A DNA stretch of 64,000 nt from the human T2T-CHM13v2.0 reference genome, Homo sapiens, in assembly GCF_009914755.1 (NCBI RefSeq), contig NC_060947.1; one strand, given 5' to 3'. The notes under the pieces are model-generated. The model worked only from the letters and a program-made list of their open reading frames with translations, searched no databases and was not told the DNA's origin. The position numbers and the translations under genes were made by a program. Below, piece by piece: positions 18,423-31,593 of the stretch (the first letter of the stretch is position 1; the number at the start of each line of letters is the position of its first letter).

Positions 18423-18632
18423 ACAATGAGATCACTTGGACACAGGGTGGGGAATATCACAGACTGGGGCATGTCATGGGGTCGGGGGCTGGGAGAGGGA
18501 TAGCATTTGGAGAAATACCTAGTGTAAATGATGAGTTAATGGGTGCAGCAAACCAGCATGGCACATGCATACCCATGTATCAAACCTGCACGTTGTGCAC
18601 ATGTACCCTAGAACTTAAAGTATAATAATAAA

Positions 18633-18665
18633 ACACACACACACACACACAGACACACGAACACA
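18633..18665. repeat. (CA)n tract derived from the first L1 poly(A) tail
   Basis: Directly follows GTATAATAATAAAA. Confidence 0.85.
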
Positions 18666-19427
18666 AAAATTTCAGTACACAATAAATATTGCCAGCACTG
18701 AACATTTTTAACGGAAAAAAATAAATAAAATCAAACAATAAAAAAAATGTCAGGAAACAACAGATGCTGGAGAGGATGTGGAGAAATAAGAAGGCTTTTA
18801 CACTGTTGGTGGGGATGTAAATTAGTTCAACCATTGTGGAAGACAGTGTGGTGATTCCTCAAGGATCTAGAACTAGAAATACCATTCAACCCAGAAATCC
18901 CATTACTGGGTATATACACAAAGGATTATAAATCATTCTTCTATAAAGACACATGCACACGTATGTTTATTGCAGCACTGTTCACAATGATAAAGACTTG
19001 GAACCAACCCAAATGCCCATCAATGATAGACTGGATAAAGAAAATGTGGCACATATACATCATGGAATACTATGCAGCCATAAAAAAGGATGAGTTCATG
19101 TCCTTTGCAGGGACATGGATGAAGCTGGAAACCATCATTCTCAGCAAACTAACACAGGAACAGAAAACCAAATACTGCATGTTCTCACTCATAAATGGGA
19201 GTTGAACAATGAGAACACATGGACACAGGGAGGGGAACATCACACACCAGGGCCCATCAGGAGGTGGGGGGTTAGGGAGGGATAGCATTAGGAGAAATAT
19301 CTAATGTAGATGACGGGTTGATGGGTGCAGCAAACCACCACGGCCCGTGTATACCCATGTAACAAACCTGCACCTTATGCACGTGTATCCCAGAACTTAA
19401 AGTATAATTAAAAAAAAATAACAACAG

Positions 19428-19535
19428 CAATTACCTTGTAGTGTTTGTGTAATGATTAAATAAAAGATATAGAGTACTTCACTTAGTGTCTGGCACATAA
19501 TATACACTTACTAGGTTTTAGCTATTAGCATTATT
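19428..19535 (+). mobile_element. MIR 3' half
   Basis: GATTAAAT...AGTGTCTGGCACATAA...TTAGCTATT continues the MIR broken at 6386. Confidence 0.75.
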
Positions 19536-19954
19536 CTCAAACGCTTCTTGTATTGTGAGTTTTCATTTTATATAAACAATATACGTAGCACACTTTACCT
19601 GGATTATAAACTTCGTGAAGTCAGAGACTATAATGACGCTTCTTTGTATAGTATCCACTACACGGTCTAGTAGAATGTCTTGAACTGAGTAGGTACCCAA
19701 TATATATTTATTTTTACTAGTTGTTTCTGATTTACACCAGAGAGGTTTTTATCCTGTTTTAAAATAGACCACAACTAAGAACAGGAATGTAAGATATGAG
19801 TGGTGATATTAGGATTTTTAAAGCTGCAAGGAAAAGACACACCCAGATTACCTTCAAGGATGGAGGTTTATTGCAAGGGTACATGAGCAAATGAGGTAGT
19901 GAGGTCACTCATGATTTGCGTAGTCACTCTGGTTACTGATGTTTCCAAGACTTG

Positions 19955-20175
19955 GATATCTGCCTGGGTTTGAATCCTGGCTCTGCCACTTACAAGCTGT
20001 GTGACCTTGGGCAAGATGTTAAAGCACTTTGTGTCTTAGTTTCTCTATCTCTAAATTGTAGATGAAAATAGTATACATCTCACAGGGATGAATGAGGATT
20101 AAACAAGATGGTTCATGTAAAATGTTTATTGCAATGTCCGACCCATGGCAGGTTCTCAAGTTATGGTAGCTACTT
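19955..20175 (+). mobile_element. MIR SINE
   Basis: CTGGGTTTGAATCCTGGCTCTGCCACTTACAAGCTGTGTGACCTTGGGCAAG. Confidence 0.9.
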
Positions 20176-20504
20176 TGTAGTAGTAGTAGTAGTGGTGGTA
20201 GTAATAGTAGTAGTCATTATTGTAGCTATTATTGCACATGTCATAAAAAAATCAGAATACACCTCAGTGTCATTCAGGATAATGCCCTTAAGTCATGTGA
20301 TTTGCCTTTTCTTTTTTATCTAGCATTTGCATTTCCCCAAATAGAGGATTTGATTGAGTTCATTCGCCAACCTTCAACATGCACAGCCAAAGCCAACTCA
20401 TAATTAGGTGTGCTCCATTCTGTCCAACCTCTATCATGATTGTATTTAGGAAATCCATTAATTCCAGGTTCAGTCTATTGGCTAGGCTAGTAGGGGTTTT
20501 TTTC

Positions 20505-20627
20505 CCCATTTTTTTGAGGTATAATTGATACACAAATAACTGCATATATTTAATGTGTACAATTTGAAGAATTTGGACATTTGCATACACCTGTGACATC
20601 ATCATCACAATGCAGGTAACACACATT
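20505..20627 (-). mobile_element. L1MB-type 3' end fragment
   Basis: TTTTGAGGTATAATTGATACACAAATAACTGCATATATTTAATGTGTACAATTTG. Confidence 0.75.
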
Positions 20628-21458
20628 GGATCAGCAATGATAAAAAGACAAACAGACAAGCAGAAATTGGATCATTTTCCTCAATAGGGATGTGTTTCTA
20701 AGTTGATCGCTTTGCCTTCATGTACTCTTCTTTGAGCGCATATAGTCTAGTGACCTTCCTAAATAATCAAATCTGGAAAAAGACATTTCCTTTTCAGTAC
20801 ATGTTCATTTTTTTATTCTAGGACTTCCCACTCTAACTTGCTTGATCAAGACTCCTTGATCTCTTTCTTTTCTTGTCACCCCCAGTGTGAGTTTCCTTAA
20901 AGTTCCTGAGAATCTTTTTAAGTCTGCCAGACACAGTATTGAATCAAATAAATATTACCTAATTAAGTCACACACAACTTAAGAACCTCTGTGATAGGAT
21001 ATTAGCAGTCTGGATTCCCAGAAATCATGCTGCTTCATTATACACAAACTGCAATTTTTATCTATCTGTGTAAGGTCCAGATAGAATGAGTTAGTTATTC
21101 AGATTGAATGAAAAATCACCAAGGATTTTCATTGTAAAGTCCTTCACTCTTTATCAAGGGAGACAGGCCTGTGGATAGGTCAGAAACAATCAAGGAAGAT
21201 TTTGTGGCCCAAAGATTCCTCAAAGCCCAGTGGCTATTTACTCCTGCCTTGAATACCATGGCTATATTTTAAATATTCACTCTTTCACTATTGAAGCAGC
21301 TTAGTTCATGTCTACATCTTTCAAATTTTTCAAAATTAACTTAGAGTTAACCTTGATGGCTTTTTGACAGCTCTTCTTCTATAACCATTTTTAAAATAGC
21401 TTTGGTCACCGTTGAGGCAAACCTCTTTGTTTAAAACTCACATTTAAGACATGAAATA

Positions 21459-21750
21459 GGCCGGCCATGATGGCTCACATCTGTAATCCCAGCACTTTGG
21501 AAGGCTGAAACAGGTAGATTGCTTGAGCTCAGGAGTTTGAGACCAGCCTTGGCAACATGGTGAAACCCAGTCTCTTCCAAAAATACAAAAATTAGGCAGG
21601 TGTGGTGGTGCATGCCTGTGGTCCCACCTATTTGGGAGGCTGAGGCTGGAGGATCTCTGGAGCCCAGGAAAGTTGAGGCTGCAGTGAGCCATGATCATGC
21701 CACTGTACTCCAGTCTAGGTGACAGAGTAAGACTCTGTCTCAAAAAATGT
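21459..21750 (+). mobile_element. AluJ (Jb-like)
   Basis: GATTGCTTGAGCTCAGGAG; GAGGCTGCAGTGAGCCATGATCATGCC; flanking CATGAAATA duplicated. Confidence 0.9.
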
Positions 21751-23974
21751 ATATATATGGCATGAAATACTAGCAGATAGAGGGCATAGGCATGCTAGTG
21801 AAAAACAAGGCATGGGATCAGATAACGTCCAACAGATTTTATAGCTAAGGACCTAGAGGGGTTAGAGTTGCCCGTTCTGCTTTCCAGAGTCCTTTTGGGT
21901 TTTATAGCAGCCATAGAGCTATCATTCAGGCCAACAGGACTCTTGCGATCAACAGTGTCAAAACATCTTATAAATCTCAAATAATCAGCATCCTCTAAAG
22001 AGGACTCTGGGCCAGAGTGAATAATGTTTTGAAGACAGCCATGATAATCCCTGCTTCACACCTGAAACAAGGCTGAAATAACAGAGGAGAGATAGCGAAA
22101 TTACACAGAATAGCTTTGCTTTTGAGGTTCCAGGAAACCATTCAGCATCTCTTGGTAGGAGATTCAAACTTATCACTGTCCATAATCTTGTGGTGTTTCT
22201 TAAAAGGGTAGCGACCTATGGCTCAGCTGATGCTATTTTACAAACAAATCAAAAGCACTAAACTCACCCAATTGCTGCTCAGTGGCTGCTCTTAACTAAG
22301 AGCTGGAGAGCTAGGGTTCATTCGACAGGGCTTTGACTTAATTAACATCCTTCCCTGACAAGGCCCTTTCTCCATTCTCCTAAAGCATCTTATATCACAG
22401 TGAGACCATCAGTCAACATATACAGTTACACTTGTTCCTTTTCTGTTTCTCAGGATATCTCTAGTATTCCAGATTTAACCCTCAGAAGCTTTACTTTCTC
22501 AGATGAACAAAAATTCTCCAATGTCAAGATAAAATAATTTGAAGCATTTAGACTTGCACTTCCCATTTCAGGTTATGATACTGTATTTTTCAATATTGAT
22601 TGTGAAGAAATACTCAGTACATTCTGTCTTTTATCAAACACTGGTGTTGCTTATACCCAGAAAAGAAAAGTTGGTCCTAACCATTTTTTTAAAAAATATA
22701 TCCATTTTTTTCTATATATGGCTGAATTACTCTATTAGTACTTTTAAGAGACATGACCTCAGAGCTCTCCTCTGACTCTTTTCTATTATATTCAATGTCC
22801 TTAAATGACAGTCATTGTCTGGGGTGAATAGGTACATCTTGACCTTACAACAAAGGCTAAAAGGCAGAATTAAGAAATTTATTACCTAAAATTCTCCTAG
22901 AGTTTTACTCTGTTTCTCTGGGTGGATTATAATCTGCTAGGCCTTCAAGATACTCATGATGACCAGTGGAAATTTGCTGACATTATGTCAGCAACTGTCA
23001 ATCAGTGGTCCTTGGTGGACTTACAGGCAGACAGATGAACAAAGTGAACTTTCAAAGCCCAGAGAGAGCAGAGCCCAGCACAACTCGCAGTTCACTGAGA
23101 CAGCTATGGAGGAAAATTACAAAGGACTGTGGTGTTCTACTTGTGAATCAAGCTATACTCAAATAAGATTGGTACCTCAAGGTATTTGTTTGATTGACTT
23201 GCAGGGAGTTTGCTGTATTTGTCTTTCTTGTCAGAGGCCATCATCATTTATATTCACCATGAAAAAGGAGAAAGTAAGCTTAAAGAATACCTTTTGATAT
23301 TCCAGATTGCCAAAAAGCAGAAATAGACTCCAGATAGAACAAAGGACATATTATACGAAGGACTGCAACAATTACAGTACTGTGAGAAGCAGGAGGGGAA
23401 ACAAAACTATTGTTGAGAAAATAAAGAGAAAAGGGAAAGAAATTACTCTCTTGGCACTGCACAGTGGGACAGTGGGTACAAGTTTCTTCTCAGAGAGGGT
23501 AAAGGCCCTTCAGTATGTATGCTACATTAATAAAGAAAAGCTGAAACAGTGAAGAAGATGAAGATAATGAAAACCAAGGTTGTGGAATTGAAAAGTTAAA
23601 CATCTTGAGAGAGAAGATATTCTGAAAAGGGATTCTGGAAAGAAGTCTTATACCACTGAAATTTTTCAATAGGCAGCAGGATTGTCCCACAAAATTGAAT
23701 CGAGGTCTTCCAGAAAGAATAATGGAATAATTAGGAGAATCCAAAAACATTTGGGAATGCAGAGAAAAGAGTCGCTAACCAAAAGAGAAAGAGGCAAGGG
23801 GTTTGGGGTGGTCTTGAGAAATGTGGAAGTTGCTGGATATAGGCCTGTCATGCATAGATAGCTCTTCAGTATGTATGCAACATTAATGAAGAATTTATTA
23901 CGAGAAGCTCCAAATCAAAAAGAAATTGGATTTTTTGGAGAAAATCACACTGGCATGATTTTCTTAGGGAAAAA

Positions 23975-24200
23975 GTATAGTACTGTGGAAACAGCATAGA
24001 TTTCAGCTCCAGCCTTTGACAGATTGAGGATCAAATCCCGGCACAGCTTTCAGTAAATGCACAAATTACCTCCTCTCAGCTCCAGTTTATATGTCTACTA
24101 AATGAGGAAAATAATAGCTATGTTTCAGGTTTGCTGTGAGAAGTACATGATATACTTCTAATAATGGGCTCATAATTGGGATTTAATAAACAGCATATAT
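23975..24200 (+). mobile_element. MIR SINE
   Basis: TCAAATCCCGGC...AAATGAGGAAAATAATAGCTA...TGTGAG. Confidence 0.65.
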
Positions 24201-24909
24201 TTTTGGTTATTATATTTTTCTGGGTAAAAACAAGATATAGTTTATGAGAAATGACTTTGTGCTTAATCCCCATCAGAGGGAGGTGATCTGGTAACTATTT
24301 ACAAATAAAATAAAATAAAATTAAAAAGGCAAATACAACACAGAAGCCCACGTAGTTTTTGAAAGTAATACATAATGTTTACTCTGACTGACTACATATA
24401 ATTCTGTAGGCTGAATGATTTGGAGTAAATTGTAGCATTATATTGATTCTTCCTAGGATGAAGTTAACACTTGGGGTGCTGTTTACTATGTAGAGTATAA
24501 AAATTGTCATGAAAAAGTATTCATAGCCATGTGCTTTGTTTTGTTTCCCTCTGGAAAACTTTATCATGAGGATAAATTAATAGTGCCACTTTCTTTTCAT
24601 TAAGCCTTTGTCATAAGCAAGCAACAGCAGAATTTTAATGCCTCACCTATTCTTCAAATTCTTATTATTCTTTTTGAAAAATATTCTCTGTTTACATTGT
24701 TTTACATGTTACACTATTTCTCATAATGCTCAAACCATACAATTATAAACATTCGATGTGAGGTCACAAAAGAAAGGGAAACCAAATGCAGCTGATGATT
24801 ATTCCATTGTTTTGATCATGTCAAAATAGTCCCATCAGAACACACTCTCATTATGTCACCACACTGTTGTAATTTTGAGTTTTCCTGTAGTTTTAGAAAG
24901 AATTTATAT

Positions 24910-25233
24910 ATTTATTTTATTTTTATTTTAATTTCTTTCTTGAGACAGAGTCTCGCTCCATCACCCAGACTGGAGTGCAGTGGTGAGATCTTGGATCTTG
25001 GCTCACTGCAACCTCTGCCTCCTGGGTTCAAGTAATTCTCATGCCTCAGCCTCTTGAGTAGCTGGTATTACAGGTGCATGCCAGTGCACTAGGCTAATTT
25101 TGGCATTTTTAGTAGAGATGGAGTTTTACCATGTTGGCCAGGCTGGTCTCAAACTCCTGGCCTCAAGTGATCTGCCTGCCTCAGCCTCCCAAAATGCTGA
25201 GATTACATGCATGAGCTACCACCAGGCCTGGCC
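24910..25233 (-). mobile_element. AluS (Sx/Sz-like)
   Basis: TGAGACAGAGTCTCGCTC...GCAACCTCTGCCTCC...CTCAAGTGATCTGCC. Confidence 0.9.
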
Positions 25234-28200
25234 AAGTATTTATATATCTCAACAATCATCATAACTGCATAATTTAGCACACATTAATATCCTATAATAA
25301 AACACATGTTTACTTCTACAATGTTTCAGGGGCATCTACATTTGTTTACAGTTACAGATGTTTCTTATAAGATAACATTCTGTTTCTCCATAATGTGAAC
25401 AATTTGCATGAAAAAAGTACTCCCAAAGTTACATTTGTCCCATTTGCTTTACAACATTATGACAGGAACCTTTGAGGGATACTTCTGTTTCATATTCCTA
25501 TACTGCCAGTGGTTGCAAAATTTCCAAGAGCAGGAGCTGTAGGTCACAATGGAAAATGGAAACAGTAGATTGGGATTTGACTTACTAACTGTATGGCTTT
25601 AGGGCAGTCTCTTAATACCTAGGGTTTTTTGTTACTTGGTCACCTGCTTTCTTTAAAGAAGGGACTTATAGATGGATTCTCAAAGTCTCCTCTAACTTAC
25701 AATTTTATATTTTGTGATAAAAAGAGTTGAGTTTGTCAGAGGACAAAATTCTTTTCTTGATTTTGTCTGAAAGGGAGGAATCTTCAGGTCTGGACAAGAT
25801 GCTTCTTTTCTTACCTAATTTTCTTTCTTTCTTTCTTTCTTTTTTTTTCCCTAATTTTCTTTAATGAACATTTGTCTTTCTTGGCTGAAAGAAGATAAAC
25901 CAGATGGGAAAAGGTTCCATTTAATATTAGTAGTGTATTCATATGATCTTGCAGTATCCACAGTACGTTTTCACCTGTTCAGGAGGTGTGGGCAATCACT
26001 TTTGTGGTTTGGGGTTTCTCAATGATACTAAGGTATGAAGTATAAAAACAATCTTAAAACCACATCTATAATTCTGTGGTTGTGGACACTACTTACAACA
26101 TTCCATGCTTGTTAATCTAAATATAGCTTAAAGAAAAGTCTACCAGCGATAAAGATTTAACCACTTTTTTTCTTAGTAAAAGTAAGTTCATCGAAAAATA
26201 CATTTTGATTTTAAAAGTTACAATGGCAATAATTGTGTGTTATAACAAGCGAAACAACACAAAGTTGCATTAAAAAAAAGCCCTTAAGTATCTCTTTCCA
26301 CTCCTACTATCAATCTCTCTCTGCAATAACCAATGTTAACCAACCCCAGGGTGTTTTCTTCACCACCTTTCACTGGGCTCATGCAAGTACATCCAAGTAA
26401 GTTTTTTTCCAATTTATACAAAATATCAAAACTCAAGGTTACTAATGAAATATGACTCTTTCCAATGACTACCAACATTTCTTTGATTGGCAAAGTCCTT
26501 TGTACATACAGCCTATCCTCCCCTGAGCTCAATCTCAGCTCAGTCTCCTTTGCCATTTGTATGGTTCCCATTCCTTAAAAATGAAAAGAAGCCATTCATT
26601 TCCAAAGAAAGCATTCTCTTGGGGGCAATGAATAAACACAGCACTTCCTTTCTAGTAGCTATAAACTTTACTGTAGATATAAAATTTACTTACCACACTA
26701 TAATATTTGAATGATTTTGGTACCCAAACATTTAGCCCTATTGTGGGATGTTCAGATCAGATTTAAAATTTTCTTTTGAAGTGTCTTAACAAAGAGGAAA
26801 TAAAAACAAATTCAGGTGGAAAAAAAGTAGCTAACAGCAATCTCACTTGTAGAATGGTAGCTGGTCTTATTCTCAGAGTGCATCAACTTTGATCTCATTT
26901 GTAACTCTAAGTGTCAGTTAGAGCAACAAAATGGAGATTGTAAGAGGGTTAGATATTCCATATTAGGAACTGTTTTGAAAAGATATCCATCCATTACATT
27001 ATTCAAAGATAGAGATTGTCTGGTAGCTGTGGTATGTACAGCCCTGACCCAATTTCTCAGTAAAAAATAATTAGCATATCAATGTTCCTTAAGGAAATAA
27101 TGGTTTTCATGCTAGAGGAGCAGGTTCATTCTCTGCACACAATGTTGATCCTGAAATGTCACTCTCCAGATGCAGTTTATAACTGAATGAAGAGCTAGCT
27201 CAGCAAGAAGTCAAGACTTCTGTATAATATAATGATGAGACATTTTTTAACCTAATGGGACTCTGCATGACAAAAATTTTTAAGATGATAATAGTACTGG
27301 ATAAATTATTACCTGCTAGTTCAACCCCCAGAAGGAAAGAATCCCTTTATATAATGTTGCCATAAGAGTTACCCGAAGATTTATAGGTTTTGCAGGAAGA
27401 GTTTAATATTTATCTATAAGAGTCTGAATTAGAGGCAGAGAATATGGAATAAAGCAGGAGATTACTTCAGTGACTGCAAATCCCCAGACTTCTGGAAGCC
27501 TAAAGGATAAAAGTGTCATTACTTTCTGAGAAGACCCCGAGATGAGTACAGTTTTAATTGGCAGAATTTTAAAGGAAATTAAAAGTGTGTATTATGAACC
27601 TTACAACAACCTCAGTGAAGACTGTCTTCAGAAACTGAGCACAATGATTCACAGAAATTGGGAATAATTATGCCAACAGTCTGCCAGTGGCACCTTCCTG
27701 CAGATTTATATCTAAAAAGAGAAGCATTTGATAGTCTTTTTAATAATATCATCTTATCCAAAATACACATACAGGAAGAGTTTGTGTAGCTTGGATGAAG
27801 TCATAGGTTAGACAGGTAGATCTCTAAATCAACAGAAAAGCAGCACCTCTCCTGAGGAAGTCTCCAGAGACATTTTGCATGCTAAGCCTGTTAAGAAGGA
27901 GGATTATCATTAGTGTCAATAGACACAGGAAACTTGGGCAACAGATGTGGGCAATCCATAAGAACTTTGGCTTCCAACAACTGTCTTAGTTATGCCCAGC
28001 TGTGCATCTGCCAATGCTAATCCATCATAACACAACCTGCTATTTACTTTCCTTGCGGTGATAGGGATTTAAGAGGATGATGAAAGAGAACCAAGACCTA
28101 TGAAGTAATTTAGAACTTTCTTGAATTTAAACTCTCCCTTTTACTTCCTATCATATGGCATATTGAAAAGATAACATAACACCTAATTGCAGCTAGAGTA

Positions 28201-28465
28201 ATTGCTGCCAAAATTAATAAAGGGAAACACAATAGTTTACTGAGTTTCTTGTTTATAGTATTTTATAATACCATACAGAATTATTTGATAGAAATTAGAC
28301 AAGAATATAATTTGTTAGGTAGTTATCCATCTTTAATGTTCCGGCTCTTTCACATAAGGATGATCTATCAGGTATTCTTCAAAAGCATAAACAGCTAAAT
28401 ATAAATAAAACATCATAAGCAGTACTCTAAAGGAAGTAAGATTTATGATAATCCTGCTCAACTGA

Positions 28466-28518
28466 AGAGAGAGAGAAAAATGAAGAGAGAGAGATAAGAG
28501 AGAGAGAGAGAGAGAGAA
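28466..28518. repeat. GA-rich microsatellite
   Basis: Direct reading. Confidence 0.9.
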
Positions 28519-29303
28519 ACCCTGTTCCTCTACCAACCCATACCATTATCATGTGCATATGTGTGTTTAAAGTCAGTGAGAATAAGGTTAACAGCTCTTT
28601 CAGATGCAAGACATGCCATTCCCAGTAAGACATTTTTTCTATTAGGTATCCCCCTCCCCACTGTACTGTTTATAGTTAGTAGTGTGTGATTCCTTGCTAA
28701 AATAGAAAAGAAGCTCAGAGCTCTATGCTAATAAGGTAAGGCTTCTAGGTTCTGTCCCATGCCTATAGAGTAGTTCATATCTTGAAGTCTACATGACACT
28801 TTGACAGTTGCTTTGATGTAGCCATTACCAAATAATGTGAAAAATAGAAATCCTTACCTCTTTCCTGAACCTTGCCCTATTCCTGAGTTTTATCCCAACC
28901 CAGATCTTCATTGTGAGAGATGTTGGTAAGGAACAGGGTGGAGCTGTGACATCTCAGTCATTGGGGCATATGGGCTCTTGCCATATTCAAGTTGGACCAA
29001 GAGCATTCCTTATGTTTGCAAAAGACTCTGCATTTTTCTCTATTTCTTTTATATGCAATTCAACATTAAAAAAAAAAACCCTACAATTGTTTTAAGCGAT
29101 TCACTTGAAACCAGATGGATGGCCTCATGGATGTGAAGATATTTACCGTGTCTTCAGGAGAAAGAAAAAGAGGGCCAGGAGTACATCTGAGCTATAAAAT
29201 CATCTGTAGATGCTAACTTCTTAAGCAAATGAAAAGGTTTTTGAGGACAGGGACAATAATCATTCATTAAGGCCCATTCCTACAGAAGGTGTTCAGTATT
29301 TGT

Positions 29304-29383
29304 TTAGGTTAAACCCTATGAAATTGCCATCTTTGTAGGTGAAAAATGACTTCATGTTGGCAATTTCATATGATTCAATCTAA
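29304..29383. mobile_element. MADE2 mariner-derived MITE (80 bp palindrome)
   Basis: TTAGGTTAAACCCTATGAAATTGCCA...TGGCAATTTCATATGATTCAATCTAA terminal inverted repeats. Confidence 0.85.
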
Positions 29384-29411
29384 GAGTTAAGATCCTATGC
29401 CATACCTCACT

Positions 29412-29595
29412 TTAGCATACTGGAAAAAACATGAGAGCTTTGAGCAGACAGGCCTAGATTGAAATCCCAGCTCTACCAACTATGTGACCTTGGGAAAGTA
29501 TCAGTCTATCTGAGCCTTAGTTTCTTTATCTGTAAACTAGAGAGACTAATACCAATCACATAAGATGACTGTGCCAATTAAATTGAAAAACATGC
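29412..29595 (+). mobile_element. MIR SINE
   Basis: AATCCCAGCTCTACCA...TGTGACCTTGGG...TTTCTTTATCTGTAAA. Confidence 0.8.
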
Positions 29596-29607
29596 AAAAA
29601 TGACCTG

Positions 29608-29837
29608 CAATAGAGACAGAAAGTAGACCAGTGGCTGCCTAGGGCCTGGCAGTTTGGGGAAAAATGTGGAATGATTGCTAATGGATGCTTTTTAGGGTGA
29701 TAAAATTTTTATAAAATTAGAGTGTGGTAATAGTTGTACAACTCTGTGAATATACTGAAAATCACCGCATAATACACTTTAAATGAGTGAATTGTATGGT
29801 ATGGCAGTTATATCTCAATAAAGTTGTTTTTAAAAAG
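29608..29837 (+). mobile_element. L1MB7/8-type 3' end
   Basis: ATAGAGACAGAAAGTAGA...ACAACTCTGTGAATATACTGAAA...TATCTCAATAAAG. Confidence 0.8.
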
Positions 29838-29942
29838 TCATAATAAGGGAGACACATAGAGAAAGTCAGAGAAAGAGCTCAAAGCTACTAAGAAAAAACA
29901 TGCTTAGACTTGGCCTTTCACAAGGCTCATTTGTAGGCTTGA

Positions 29943-29970
29943 AAACAAACAAACAAACAAACAAACAAAC
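29943..29970. repeat. (AAAC)n microsatellite
   Basis: Direct reading. Confidence 0.9.
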
Positions 29971-31413
29971 CTCTGAGTACTTCTTGAATTAATCCAGTTT
30001 AGCATGAAACAGTCATCACAAAGCATGATTTCTAATTGGCTATTTCTGGTACTAGCCACAGGGGAAGAGGTTGTTTCTTTCTATTCTACATCTGGCAAAG
30101 ATCTAGTTTTGATATAACAAATGTCATGAAGTTAAGATTTATTTTAAGATTTACTTCAGAGTTGAAAAAAAGCTACAATTGACAGACTGTTTGGCTGTTT
30201 CACATCTCAGGCCTCCCAGTGTTTGGTGCATAGTCATGTGAATAAGAAAGCTGTCTTCCCCAGCACTTTGTCATTGCAGTTGCACAAACTCAACATGAGT
30301 CTGGTTTTGAACAGCAGCACAGCTTGGACAATGTTCAATCACCACACAGAGTCTGGGCAATGTAAAAAGCAGACCAGGGAGGCCTAAAAAGAGGGCATAA
30401 TAGTTACTTGCCCAGATGATCAAATCACATTTTCCTCTTCTAACTGTTAGACATTTACAGGGATACAATTCGGAGATGCCTTTGGGTCCTATTTAATCCC
30501 TATATAGAAACTAAGCATTTGCTAATAAAGGGCCAGATTCTTATGCAGGGAATTTTATACATAGGACTTTACTGGGCACAAATCTGGACAGAAAAGGATT
30601 CCAGTTTTGAATACTGCCCTATGATACATTTGTAAATAGTCCATCCTATTCTGGATGATTTTTTTTTTTTTACCCAAAAGTGTTATTCAGTGAATTGCTT
30701 CCCCTCTCCATCTGTGCAATTTCTGCATAAGATAAGAACAGTTATCAAGAATTACAGACCAGTGATTTCACCTTAATTTGCACATCACCCTCTGAAGATG
30801 CAATGTCTTGCTGTTTAAATGTGTGTTTGTTTCTTTTTAATCAACAGCATCTATAAGTCATACCCAGAATTAAATAACAACAATAAGGTGCTAGAATGCA
30901 GCCAGGCCACTAGCATTGAACCAACTCTTATCCCAACACTAGCAGGATATCTGAGGTAGATAAGAGCAGGGAAGGTGAGCTCCTGTAAAAGTTGTGAAAT
31001 AGATGATTCCTTTCTGTCGTACTTTTCCAGCCCTTTTGTTTCCAGGTACCCAGTGACCTACTGCTGTCTTCTAGGTACTGAGATCCTAACACTGCTAAAT
31101 ACCATGAGAATCAGGCAGACCAATGCTCTGGATCTTTTTCTTCTTTGGTCTTTTCTTCATTACTTACTCATCCTATATATTCCACTCTTCAGTCATATTC
31201 TATTTTATGGTTAGTCTGATAAAATAATTCAAGGTGAGGAGTTAATGCTTTGAAAAAATTCTATGTTTTGCCCCTTTGAGGAAGCATTTGCATTTTAACA
31301 GTGGGCTTTAATGTCTTGAATTACAGTTAATCCAGTCAGGAAGAGATTTTAGTCCAGGATTTTTTTTATGCTCCTTAAATAATATCATATAGATTTAGGC
31401 TATCTTTTTGGTT

Positions 31414-31553
31414 TATATATAAGAACAAGATTTATATATACATACATATATATATACACACACATATATATATGAACAAGAATGATATGTGTGTATATAT
31501 ATATATATATACACATATATATATACACACACATATATATATGAACAAGAATG

Positions 31554-31592
<39 letters not shown>
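31414..31592. repeat. Compound TA/CA minisatellite with repeated GAACAAGA(ATGATATG) anchor
   Basis: GAACAAGA at ~31423, 31473 and 31543, separated by (TA)n/(CA)n. Confidence 0.85.

Positions 31593-31593
<1 letters not shown>

Noticed and set aside
22956-23297. 113-aa ORF in unique DNA
   Set aside because: No recognisable domain or homology; length is compatible with chance.
23508-23537. loxP-like ATGTATGC spacer
   Set aside because: The 13-bp ATAACTTCGTATA arms are absent; chance match.
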